64,000 nt of DNA from Pseudomonadales bacterium (GCA_016763075.1 JAESUM010000030.1:4994-68993), one strand, 5' to 3'; shown: positions 37,116 to 47,400, counted from the stretch's first letter. Numbers and translations: made by a program. The notes: generated from the sequence alone by a model not told the origin.

Positions 37116-38222
37116 TTATGACTCGATAACCGAGAACTCAGGTTGATAACTACCTTGGGAAGCAGATATTTTTAATTCAATTGTTTTTTGGCCTGTTTCT
37201 TTACTGAATGTCAGCGTTGCTGCACGTTTGTATTCACGTTTGTTGGGACCGTAACCGATGAATATCGCGGTTATTTCATGTTCGCCTGCGCGTAGATTTC
37301 CCATATACAAACGTTGAATTCCGCCGCGCTGCAAGGCGTGTACTTGGCGTTTGGTATACAAATATTGGGTGACCACTTGATCATCAATTTTTAGTTTTAC
37401 TGAATCAAGACTGAAGGTTTTATCGGCATCAATGGCGAGCAATACAGAAATCTGGGTGCTGGCAGGAAACAGTAACTCCTCCTCCAGAATAAACAAATCT
37501 CGGTTTAGTTTTATTAACTGTTTTTTAAGCGACTCAATCTGAACGGCTAATGGTTCGGTTGGCTGCATGGGTTGCTCTAACGGCATTTGAGTAGACGCGA
37601 TGGAGTTAGTGGGTGCAGGGCTTGCAGAGGTAGCCTTTTCGGATGTGAGCGCTACAGCTGTAATAGCTGTAGCAGTGTTTGCTGGTTGAAGGGCGTCTTC
37701 AGTAACCGGTTGCTCAGCTGCTGTTTTGTTTGATTGGTCGGGGGCATCGGTTGTAACTGCAATCGGTGAAGCTTGGTTTTCAACCTGCGTGCTTGGTGTG
37801 TTTAGTGCAACTGCTGGAGTGGTTTGTTGCGTAGCTGTTGTTTGTGTTTGTACGGGTTGGGTTGGCGCAGTTAAACGTGTTGCAGCGGGCTGCATGGCGC
37901 TGATTTCTGCTGGAGTAGCCTCTGCATGGGTAATAGGTTGTGTGGTATTAGCTTGCTCTGCGCTTACTTCAGTGGCTTTAGTTGACTCAGTTATGGCGGT
38001 TGTATTTGTGTTGTCAGAAATCGGAGCAGTTGTTGTGTACATTGGCTCGATGGCCACCAACGGTGCCGCGGGGGTTAGGTTACCGCTATCGATAGCGGTA
38101 TTTTTATCAATTTCGAGGTTGGCGTTTTCTAACGGATTGGCCGAGGCCACCGTTGAACCCGTAGTGATGCATGACATCAATACGAGAGATAGAAACCATT
38201 GGTGTGGCTGAGAAAATGTCAC
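37116..38222 (-). CDS. Secreted protein with a long T/A/Q/P-rich low-complexity region and a ~130-aa C-terminal globular domain
   Basis: Signal peptide, then about 200 aa of low complexity, then LKKQLIKLNRDLFILEEELLFP...LRAGEHEITAIFIGYGPNKREYKRAATLTF (beta-rich). Confidence 0.55.
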   Translation of the reverse strand: MTFSQPHQWFLSLVLMSCITTGSTVASANPLENANLEIDKNTAIDSGNLTPAAPLVAIEPMYTTTAPISDNTNTTAITESTKATEVSAEQANTTQPITHAEATPAEISAMQPAATRLTAPTQPVQTQTTATQQTTPAVALNTPSTQVENQASPIAVTTDAPDQSNKTAAEQPVTEDALQPANTATAITAVALTSEKATSASPAPTNSIASTQMPLEQPMQPTEPLAVQIESLKKQLIKLNRDLFILEEELLFPASTQISVLLAIDADKTFSLDSVKLKIDDQVVTQYLYTKRQVHALQRGGIQRLYMGNLRAGEHEITAIFIGYGPNKREYKRAATLTFSKETGQKTIELKISASQGSYQPEFSVIES

Positions 38223-38327
38223 TTAAAAACCCCTTCTGTAACCCGTTATAGGGTTGTTAACCGTTAGTCGTAAAGACCTTGGATTAATTTTAGTCAGTGC
38301 GGAATTTTTTGGTGTGTTTTATCCTGA

Positions 38328-39311
38328 TTATTGTGACGGATTCTTACTATTTTCCTTCGGTTTAGCTATAACGGGTGCGCTAGCGGGCATAAGCCCAGAG
38401 CTAAAATAAAGTTTTGCCTGCTGATCGATTAAAATGGCATCGTATCCTTCGAGGGTTTCGATCAATGCAATGCCTCGTTCTACACCCAAGATAAAAACTG
38501 TAGTGGATAGTGCGTCAGTGATAGTCGCTTGTGGGCCAATTACGGATGCGCTTTGCACTGCGCGCGCTGAGTCGCCAGTTTTTGGGTTGATAATATGGTG
38601 AAAGCGAACGCCATTATCGATAAAAAAACGTTCGTAGTCGCCAGAGGTAGAAATAGCGGTATTAGATAACGGCACCGCAGTAGCGGTTGCGGATCTATTG
38701 CGCGGCGCTTGAATTCCCACAATCCAATCTCTACCTCGATGATCGCCAAGCACTCGGGAGTCACCACCAGCAGTTACAATCGCGTGGGCCACGCCATGAC
38801 TGCTTAATAACTCAATGGCCTGATCTACCGCATAGCCTTTAGCGATGCCGCCAAGGTCTAATTTCATACCACTGTGGGTAAACGAAACCGTATGCGCGGG
38901 TTCATTCATAACGATGGCACGATAGTCCACCTTGTTAATCAGCTGTTTGATCTGTTGCTCAGTGGGTTTTATCTTTGCCCTGAAATCGTACAAATACCCT
39001 ACTGACGAAAAGCTGACGTCAAATACCCCGCCGCTGATTTCAGAAATATGCTTCGATATTTTTAAAAGTTGAAACAGCTCATGGGTTATTACGACGGGCT
39101 GGTTTGCACCAATAGTGTTTATTTTACTGAGTTCGCTACTGCTAATTAGCGGGCTCATTAGCGCCTCGATGCGCCTTATTTCATTAAACACCTCTGTGCT
39201 GATTCGCCCTGCTGTTAATGCCTTGTCATGCCATAATTCAACCCGCACGGCAGTACCCATTATGGTATCGCTGTATCCGTGCCATTGGCCAAAGCTGTGG
39301 CTACTTAGCAT
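38328..39311 (-). CDS. apbE: FAD:protein FMN transferase (ApbE family)
   Basis: Contains TIMGTAVRV, GGIAKGYAVD, TSGDYERFF and HHIINPKTG. The first canonical start (39311) removes what reads as a signal peptide encoded just upstream in frame (see findings). Confidence 0.8.
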   Translation of the reverse strand: MLSSHSFGQWHGYSDTIMGTAVRVELWHDKALTAGRISTEVFNEIRRIEALMSPLISSSELSKINTIGANQPVVITHELFQLLKISKHISEISGGVFDVSFSSVGYLYDFRAKIKPTEQQIKQLINKVDYRAIVMNEPAHTVSFTHSGMKLDLGGIAKGYAVDQAIELLSSHGVAHAIVTAGGDSRVLGDHRGRDWIVGIQAPRNRSATATAVPLSNTAISTSGDYERFFIDNGVRFHHIINPKTGDSARAVQSASVIGPQATITDALSTTVFILGVERGIALIETLEGYDAILIDQQAKLYFSSGLMPASAPVIAKPKENSKNPSQ

Positions 39312-39404
39312 CAGTACGATTAAACCAAAAACTATTTTGTATTGAGTGATGATGGATTTATTCCTGGGTCTTAAGAAGCGATTTAATAAAAGGTTGAACG
39401 CGGC

Positions 39405-40784
39405 TTATTTTGGCATATACCGAATGGTAACCTGTAGCGTAAAGCTATTTCCTGAAAATTGCTTGGGTATAGCTGGGTACGGGCTAGCGTTTCGCGCATC
39501 TTTTAATGCCACTTGCGCAAGCTCTTTTGAACCGCTAATTGAAAGTACCGTAGCATCGAGAATGGCACCGTTACGCGCAATTTTAATCTTTACTTTTACT
39601 TTTCCTTGCCATTTGTTTTGTCTTTTATCGAGAGATGTTTGGTTGGAATTACTTTGGGTTTGTGCAAGCCACAGCCTGAGCTTATTTTCGTATTGTTGCT
39701 GCTCAGACAAAACTTTATTGGTTGTCGCCGATGCTGTAGCAGCAGTATTTTTTGGTGTATCGGCCTTGGAATGCTGCGTTTCAGGTACGCTCATATCCGA
39801 GCGCGGTTTAATCTTCATAACCCCGGATGCATTTGATTCTTTGCGCATAGCTGAGGGCGTATGAGCCTGCGACTTTTCTTGAGCCGCATTTTTATTTGAT
39901 GCAGTTTTGTGAGAAACTTTCTGCACGCTATTGGCTTTGGGGTTTATTGGGTCGATAGCATTCGATAATCGAACAGATATAATTTTGGGTGGCGCGGTAA
40001 CGGCGAAAGGGCTTTCCCACTGGTTTTGCATATATACCCAACCTAGGCAAAAAACACCCACGAACATCGATGTAAGCACTACCCATAGGTAGGCTGCTTT
40101 TTTGTGAAGTGCGCTTTCGGGACGATCGCGTCGAATGCGTAATGCAGTTTTATATAATTCGGGGCGAACCGCCTTGGGGTTTTCTAGCCGAACTTTTAAC
40201 CCGGCCCGTCGGTATGCTTGTTTGTATTCGTTGATCACCACCATATGGCTAGATTGGATAAGCACTAAAGGTTTAACCGAGAACAGTTCCTCAAGAACGC
40301 GTTGCTTTGATGTGCCGGTTAAATAGTGTATGTTTTCGAATATGGTTTCTATGGCAACTGCATCATTGCAATGACCGTCAAATACTAGGCGGTAAATATT
40401 TTCATCGGGTAGCTCTGCAGGTTCCGCTGCATGGGTAGCAAGAGAGATTTTGTGAAGGTTGGTTTTGGTTTGTGACTGCCCAGAGTTACTTTGAGCGAAG
40501 GCAAAAGGTAGGTCTACATTCAACAGCTGTTCAATTGCTGTAGAAGAGGTGACTGATTGAACTTGCAGACCAGCTTGTTCGAAACTATCTACAAAATGTT
40601 GTGCTAATTGTGCTTCAGATGTTTTTTTAAGGACAATTGGTTTAACAGCGAAGACTTCATCTACTAGCTGTTCTTGGCTTAGCCCTGTGAGAAATTCGAG
40701 CCGGCTGAGCACGGCATCTTTACTTAATCCGGGTGTTAAATTACCGTTAAAAACGATATAGCGGTCTTCGGATGTATCTGTCAT
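39405..40784 (-). CDS. TonB C-terminal-domain protein with a duplicated cytoplasmic N-terminal domain (GltJ/GltG-like topology)
   Basis: Two ~68-aa internal repeats (aa 9-76 and 131-198), one TM (AAYLWVVLTSMFVGVFCLGWVYM) and a low-complexity linker. The C-terminal TonB_C-like segment reads WQGKVKVKIKIARNGAILDATVLSISGSKELAQVALKDARNASPYPAIP. Confidence 0.65.
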   Translation of the reverse strand: MTDTSEDRYIVFNGNLTPGLSKDAVLSRLEFLTGLSQEQLVDEVFAVKPIVLKKTSEAQLAQHFVDSFEQAGLQVQSVTSSTAIEQLLNVDLPFAFAQSNSGQSQTKTNLHKISLATHAAEPAELPDENIYRLVFDGHCNDAVAIETIFENIHYLTGTSKQRVLEELFSVKPLVLIQSSHMVVINEYKQAYRRAGLKVRLENPKAVRPELYKTALRIRRDRPESALHKKAAYLWVVLTSMFVGVFCLGWVYMQNQWESPFAVTAPPKIISVRLSNAIDPINPKANSVQKVSHKTASNKNAAQEKSQAHTPSAMRKESNASGVMKIKPRSDMSVPETQHSKADTPKNTAATASATTNKVLSEQQQYENKLRLWLAQTQSNSNQTSLDKRQNKWQGKVKVKIKIARNGAILDATVLSISGSKELAQVALKDARNASPYPAIPKQFSGNSFTLQVTIRYMPK

Positions 40785-40846
40785 GGTTAGGGCTCATCAC
40801 CCTGTTACTCTGTGGTGGTTAGCTAACGCAAAGCGGTAAAAGAAGA

Positions 40847-41740
40847 TTATAAATTTCGTGCGCGCTGGAGGCTATTTAGGCTGAAGCTCTGTTCTGATAA
40901 TCCAATATTGAATCTATAATCGGACCAATCTAAACGTGTTTCATTGTTGTTTTGATGGTTCACAATACTCATGCTTCCGGCACGCCAGAATTTGTCGTTG
41001 TATTTTTTGTATTTGGACGCGGTTAGGGTTTTCATGAGTAGTTTTTTCTTGTCGTAATAAACCACTTTAATCGGATAATAATGCTGGGCATCAACCCAAG
41101 TGACTAACTTGCTGTAAGCAGAATATTGGTCTTTCGGGAAACGTGCAATGACGTGTATTTCTCTGCCACTTACGGTTTCTTTTCGTAGATATTCGAAATC
41201 ATATTTATTTAAACTTTGGAGGCTAAGGTCTTCGAAAAAAATTTCGGTGCCGGCAAAGGAGGTTGCAGAGTTGTTGCGGGCAATTCGCTTTACTTGTTTA
41301 TTGGTCGGCGAATAGATCCACTGATCATCTAAACCATTTTGGTTTGATACCGTAAGCAGTGCGGTGCCCTTGGTGTCTTTTGGGTTGTGAATAACAATAA
41401 TGCGTTTATCTTGGTCATTATCGCGTTCCAAAAAACGCATCTTCATTTGGCGTTTAATCGTTTTTCCATCGGTTGTGATAGTAGCAATAAGGGTAGACTC
41501 ACCATCGACATAACCTTGCCCACCAAATCCCATGGTTGCGCCATTTCTTTCATCTAGTTCGCGGTATACCACTTGGGCTTTCGCAGCAGGTGCTAAATTT
41601 GAAAAAGGGTCGGTAACGGTTTGGCAGATAATTTCACCGGCCTCAACGTAGCAATTTCTTGGCTCGTTTGCTTGTGTAGAAAAGGCCAGGCACGAAAGAG
41701 CCGAGCAAAGTATGCCAGCAATTTTGTTTGGTACAGACAT
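40847..41740 (-). CDS. Outer-membrane lipoprotein-sorting (LolA-like) family protein
   Basis: Signal peptide, then DDQWIYSPTNKQVKRIA...SFAGTEIFFEDL...FWRAGSMSIVNHQNNNETRL, the pattern I associate with the LolA_like family. Confidence 0.6.
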   Translation of the reverse strand: MSVPNKIAGILCSALSCLAFSTQANEPRNCYVEAGEIICQTVTDPFSNLAPAAKAQVVYRELDERNGATMGFGGQGYVDGESTLIATITTDGKTIKRQMKMRFLERDNDQDKRIIVIHNPKDTKGTALLTVSNQNGLDDQWIYSPTNKQVKRIARNNSATSFAGTEIFFEDLSLQSLNKYDFEYLRKETVSGREIHVIARFPKDQYSAYSKLVTWVDAQHYYPIKVVYYDKKKLLMKTLTASKYKKYNDKFWRAGSMSIVNHQNNNETRLDWSDYRFNIGLSEQSFSLNSLQRARNL

Positions 41741-41962
41741 GCAACAAATTCCCCGTTGTATTACAGCTATGGTATCCCTGCGATCAATAAAGGATAGGTG
41801 AGAGATGTAATGCTGTCGAGGCGGTGGGCTGATTTAGCGTGGGTGCGTATGAGCGGCTTAACCTAGGCGCTCACATTGGCTAACTGAGGGCGGTAAAATC
41901 GCAACAAATAAGTACCGAGCAGCGGATGCTGTAAGGTGAAAACGAACTAAAGCAGGTTGGTG

Positions 41963-43156
41963 TTATCCGGCCTGCGCTGCGCGGTTAATGTTTTGTACGG
42001 TACCGCTATTAGAGGGTGATTGGATCGCATCGCAAGTGAGCTCGCCCAGCGTGATGTCGTCCTCTTGCTCTATACCTTCGCGAAATGAGGTGAGGTCAGC
42101 CAGAACGCGCTCGAACCGGTCTTCCTTAGGGCTAGAGAGCTGCTGCTTCAAACGTAGCTCGCCATAGGCATTCCCAGTGGTGGTGCCCGCTTCGATGATG
42201 CCATCGCTGTACATATACAGCTGGTCGCCGCTATCACACTGCAGTTCGATGGTTGATTTGTCGAATTGTGTATTGGGAAGAATACCCAGAGGTACATGTT
42301 GTGAGGCAACGGCGCCTTTGAACTCGCCGGCAGGGTCAATCCAATAAAGATCCGGCATACCGCCAGTCCATATTTTCAAGTGGGTACCGCTGTGATCCAT
42401 TTCTAGCACAGTGGCTGCACAAAACATGCCCCGGGGCATGACGTGCAACAGTTGCTCGTTAACTGCCGCTGCGATATCACCTAATGGTGCACCTTGTTGA
42501 GCCAGCGGGAAGAAGGTTTGTGTGACGGGTAGCGTCCCCATCGCAGCTCGTAAACCGTGACCGGTAAAGTCACCAAGGAATAGGTAGAGGTTATCGTCGG
42601 GGCCTTTTTCTGCCAGCAATATGTCACCGTTAAATGCCGACATGGGCGACAGGTGGTAGTTAATATAGCGGCTGTCTAAAAAGCTTTGACTAAGCGCATT
42701 GTTAAAGAAATGCTCAATGGTTTCTTGCTCATAAACCAGCTCTTGGTTCCGCGCGACAAGTTTTTGATTAAGCTCACGAATTCTAAGATGCGCTGCAATT
42801 TTAGATTCAAGAATAGGCATTTCTACTGGTTTATTAACGTAGTCATCGCCACCTGATTCCAGGGCTTTAGAAAAAGATAGATTAGCCGATAATGCAGTTA
42901 CGAAGATAATGGGTACATGTTCTTCCCCTGCCAGTGCTTTAATTTTAGCGGCCGCTTCATAACCGTTCATCACCGGCATGTTGATATCCATCAAGACGAG
43001 GTCGGGTGATGATTGAGTGAAGGTTTCGACGGCTTCTTTACCATTTGAAGCCTCTAGGCTTTTAAAGCCGAAGATGCTCAACATCTTTCGCAGTAGCACT
43101 CGGTTGGACCCGATATCGTCAACAATAAGAATGGTGCAACCAGAATTATTGGTCAT
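41963..43156 (-). CDS. Response regulator fused to a PP2C/SpoIIE-type phosphatase (RsbU-like)
   Basis: REC domain (ILIVDD...DLVLMDINMP...K). PP2C motifs GDFTGHGLRAA, YMYSDGIIEA and DDITL. Confidence 0.85.
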   Translation of the reverse strand: MTNNSGCTILIVDDIGSNRVLLRKMLSIFGFKSLEASNGKEAVETFTQSSPDLVLMDINMPVMNGYEAAAKIKALAGEEHVPIIFVTALSANLSFSKALESGGDDYVNKPVEMPILESKIAAHLRIRELNQKLVARNQELVYEQETIEHFFNNALSQSFLDSRYINYHLSPMSAFNGDILLAEKGPDDNLYLFLGDFTGHGLRAAMGTLPVTQTFFPLAQQGAPLGDIAAAVNEQLLHVMPRGMFCAATVLEMDHSGTHLKIWTGGMPDLYWIDPAGEFKGAVASQHVPLGILPNTQFDKSTIELQCDSGDQLYMYSDGIIEAGTTTGNAYGELRLKQQLSSPKEDRFERVLADLTSFREGIEQEDDITLGELTCDAIQSPSNSGTVQNINRAAQAG

Positions 43157-43166
43157 TTATATCTAC

Positions 43167-44297
43167 TCATTTAGGAACAGGTGATGATGAATGATTAACG
43201 TCAGGCTCTGCGTACATCTCTTTGAGCTCGACGATATCAGGTAATATTTTCAGGAAGTGCTCTACCAGGAACGGGTCGAAATGATGACCACTTTCTTCTT
43301 CGATTAAATTGACTGCATCAGCTACTGACCAGGCATGTTTGTATGGGCGCTCTGAGGTCAGCGCATCGAATACATCTGCAATTGCGGTAATGCGTCCGCT
43401 AATCGGAATATCTTCGCCGGATAAGCCTTTAGGGTAACCGCTGCCATCCCATTTTTCGTGATGGGTAATGGCAATTTCTGCCGCCATGATGAGTAAGTCT
43501 GAGTCAGCATCGGAAAGTATATCTGCACCGATTTGGGCATGGGTTTTCATGATTTCCCATTCCTGCGCGTCTAGCTTACCCTTTTTGAGCAAGATGGCAT
43601 CGGGTATACCGATTTTGCCAATGTCATGCATGGGTGAGGCGTTGAGAATGAGGTCGCAATAGTATTGATCTAAGCCAATACTTTTTCCAAGCAATGCGGC
43701 AAATTCACTCATGCGAATAATGTGCAAGCCGGTTTCGTTATCGCGATATTCAGATGCGCGGCCTAAGCGCCGAACCACTTGTAAGCGGCTTTCCTGTAAT
43801 TCTTTTTGAGTGCGGATCAGTTCAGCGGTTCGATCGCGCACTCGCTGTTCTAGCGTTTCGTTTTGTTCGGAAATGCAATCAAGCGCCAACTTAACCTCGA
43901 TCAAATTACTTACGCGGGACAAAAGCTCTGGGATATCAAAGGGTTTGGTGACGTAATCGCGGGCTCCCGTATTGAAGGCGCGTTGCCGCAGGCCTTGGAA
44001 TTCTTGGGCAGTTAACACCAGTATGGGCGGAAGGTGCGCGCCAAATATGGCGTTGAACTGCTCCATGACTTCATAGCCATCCATGTGCGGCATATTAAGA
44101 TCAAGCAGTATTATGTCGCATTTGTACTCGAGTTGTAGCGGCAATGCTTCGCGTGGGTCCTGAGTAGAAATAATATTGCTGTATCCAGCTTGCTCAAGCA
44201 CAGTTGTGAGCAGCCGCAGGTTAGCGGCTTCGTCATCGACCAATAATAGGGTCGCAGATTTGATATCAAGCTTAACCGGTGGTGAGGCATTACTCAT
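43167..44297 (-). CDS. Response regulator with HD-GYP phosphodiesterase domain (RpfG family)
   Basis: REC domain (LLLVDDE...DIILLDLNMP) followed by MHDIGKIGIPD and HHEKWDGSGYP. Start taken at Met54 (MSNASPP). The track start at 44456 would overlap the upstream kinase gene by 28 nt. Confidence 0.85.
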   Translation of the reverse strand: MSNASPPVKLDIKSATLLLVDDEAANLRLLTTVLEQAGYSNIISTQDPREALPLQLEYKCDIILLDLNMPHMDGYEVMEQFNAIFGAHLPPILVLTAQEFQGLRQRAFNTGARDYVTKPFDIPELLSRVSNLIEVKLALDCISEQNETLEQRVRDRTAELIRTQKELQESRLQVVRRLGRASEYRDNETGLHIIRMSEFAALLGKSIGLDQYYCDLILNASPMHDIGKIGIPDAILLKKGKLDAQEWEIMKTHAQIGADILSDADSDLLIMAAEIAITHHEKWDGSGYPKGLSGEDIPISGRITAIADVFDALTSERPYKHAWSVADAVNLIEEESGHHFDPFLVEHFLKILPDIVELKEMYAEPDVNHSSSPVPK

Positions 44298-44428
44298 CGA
44301 GACGCGTTTTCTCCATTTCGTTGCTGATAGGCCATTGGGAAGTGGTTGCAATGACTTAGCGCTATTCAAGATTGTAGTCCATGGTTCGCGGTGCGGTAGG
44401 TCTTTGTTGGTTAATCCATTCATTATTA

Positions 44429-47400
44429 TTAGGTGCATTCCTTGTTTAGAGCGCATAATTTATCGAGCATTTGAAGTAGTTCCAATGTATCGATGGGTTT
44501 ACGTATGCGGTGGGTAAAACCGTGTGCGCGTGCAGTACTGTCTTCAGCTAAGGATGAACCGATAGATACTAGCGGTATGTTTTCTGTGGTCTTGTTGCCC
44601 TGCAATGCTTCGTGCAAATCGCATCCGTCTTGGTTTGCAAGGTCAGGGTTAATCAGTATAAACGCAGGCTGATGCTGTATGGCAAGCTCGACACACTCAT
44701 GCGGGTTTACGGTGGTGATGAGCGTTTCGGTGGGTCTGCTTTTAAAAGCATGGGTCACTAAGTTTCGGTCTGACTGGTTATCTTCCAAATACAGTACTTT
44801 CGAGCCGAGGGGTGGAGCCACGAGCACTTCTGTTTTGGTCAATAAAGGCACTTTTGTCGCTGGCAGTCTTATCCAAAAGGTACAGCCTTCCCCTAAGGTG
44901 CTATTGAGCCCTAAAGTACCGTTCATCTGCTCAATCATGTTTTTAGCGATGAGCAAGCCAATGCCGGTGCCTTCAATTTCGTTGGACTTATCCGATAGTC
45001 GGGTGAAAGGCTGAAACAGAAGTGATTGCTGTTTTTCCGATAAACCGTAGCCAGTATCGGTAATTCCGATGTAAATTTGCTCAGCGTCAATGGTGCGAAG
45101 CTGTATATCGATTCGGCCGGCATTGCGATTGTATTTGATCGCGTTGCTTAATAAATTAAGCAGCGCTTGCTTGAGTTTCTTCCGGTCGGCCTGTACCCAT
45201 ATTTGCGGTAACGACCGATTGATTTGATGCGGTGAACCTTCAATAAAAACATTCGTCGTCAACGAATGCTCTGATATCAACGGGTTCACCAAACCAAGGG
45301 TTTCCGATACCATGGCGCAGAGATCAATGTCTTCGATGAAAAATTCTTGTTTGCCCGATTCTATACGCGCCAAATCCAGAATGTCGTTAATCAAATCAAG
45401 AAGGTGCTGGCCAGCGCCAAAAATCTCTTTTGGGTAGTTGGGTAGTTTAGTGTCGTAATTGGCCGGCAGGTCCATCAGCAACAGCTGGCTAAACCCCAAA
45501 ATGGCGTTAAGCGGGGTTCTAAGCTCGTGGCTCATGTTGGACAAAAAAATTGATTTTGCGCGGTTAGCCGTTTCCGCTTCTTCTTTGGCTGAAATCAGTT
45601 GTTGTTCGTATTCATCGCGTTGTTGGGTAAGGTGAATTTGGGCGGTGATATTGCGTGTAACCCCCAAAATATGAATGTTTGAGCCGTCTGCGTTGCGGCT
45701 AGAATTTGCCGTTAAGCTGAGCCAAACGATGGCTCCATCATCCTTCACTACGCGGAAATCAAACGAAAACCCGTCTGGGTGTAAACCTTCAGTGGCTTGT
45801 TGGGAAATTTCACGGTATGACTTTTGGTCATCTGCGTGAACCATAGCGAAGATTTCTTCAGAAAGCCCTGGGCCACAATGAGATGGCGGGATACCAAGAA
45901 TATCGAAAAAGGCATCAGAGATATGAATGATCCCGCTATCGACGTCGAAGTCCCAGCTGCCAATTTGACCAAAACTTTGGCTGGTTTGTAGTCGTTGTTC
46001 ACTGAGTTTAAAAGCAGCCCTTGATTCGACAAGATCTGAAATATCGCTAACAAATGCAATAACACCTTCTAATTCACCGCTGACCCCGCGAAAGGGAACC
46101 ACGTCGGCAGTAATCCAACGACCTTTGTTTTCAAACTCGATGCTGTGTGTGATGCCGTATTCAGCTTGACCTGACTGCATGACTCGGGTGTATTCGCTGG
46201 CCACGAGTGCGGCGTCTTTAGAGCCAAAAAAGGTTGTGAGCGGGCGGCCTTCAATTTCTTCGATAGGGACACCGAAAGCGCGTGAAACCGCTTGATTAAC
46301 CTTGATGAGTACGCCTTTCAAGTCAAAGAAAAACAACATGCTGGGAGCCGAGTCAAAAATAAGCTGCAGTTCATTTCTTTGATGCTCGAACTGCTGTTTT
46401 AGCCGTACTGAGTCGGTGATTTCGGTTCGTATTGAAATGTAGCGGTAAGGGCGTCCTTGGTCGCTAACGATGGGGTAAATCGTTGAATCAACCCAGTACT
46501 GAGTTCCATCTTTTGCCTGGTTGGCAATCAAACCCTGCCACGTTTTTCCCGACGATATGGTCTGCCACAAATCGCTGAAAAATTCCTTCGAGTGAAACCC
46601 AGAGTTGAGCAAGCGGTGGTTACTGCCAATAAGCTCATCATGGTCATATTGACTGATTTTACAGAACTGATCATTGGCATAATCAATGCTGCCCGATCGG
46701 TCGGTTACCGATACGATGGCATGCTGGTTTAGCGCATTCAGCAGTTCTGCTTCAAAGTTTGGCTGCCTTATTGTGGCCGCGTATAACTCGGATGTTTTAA
46801 CCAGCACTTTGTATACCAATGCTTCTGGTGAAATGGGCCCGTGAATGCGCTGACTGATATTTTTTTGTATGCTTTTTGGTTGTATTTGCGTAGCTGGGGT
46901 ATTGGCCAATACGTGAATACAAATAGATGAATTTCGGTAGTTGTATTTAATGAGTGTGGCGATTTCGGCTGCGGCTATATGAGCATCAGTGTCAGAAATG
47001 ATTACAAATGTTGGTTTGCACTCTACGATGCGTGGGGTAATTTGATTGGGCTCATTCACAGTAACAATGGTTGACCCAATGAAGCTGAACAAAAATTTCA
47101 GATAGTCAGCCAGAGATGGTATCGGGTTGTATATCAAACCTGTAAAAGTGGTGGCGCGTAAAACCGAGGTGTTTTTGAGTATGTCCACCAACCTTATTTT
47201 ATCGAGAGGCCGCGTCAAACGTTGATTGGCGCCAATTCTCACCGCTTCGATCTCTTTTTCAAAGGAGTCGGTGTCGGCAATAATGATCAGACGTAAGCGT
47301 TCGCCGTATTTGCCCTTTAAACTATTGATGACTTCGCGCGTGGCGGGTTCGGTCAATACATGTTCGTCGGTGATTAAGACCATAGGCCCGTTCGTTACAT

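Noticed and set aside
37726-38211. A 161-aa plus-strand ORF antisense to the low-complexity secreted protein gene.
   Set aside because: It is the typical antisense shadow of a T/A/Q-rich repetitive coding region (Val/Ala/Cys-rich translation). The minus-strand gene has a signal peptide and operon context.
39346-39864. A 172-aa plus-strand ORF overlapping the 3' part of the TonB_C gene.
   Set aside because: It is antisense to a gene with a clear TonB C-terminal domain. The translation is Cys/Leu/Phe-rich with no motif, and it would be convergent within an operon.
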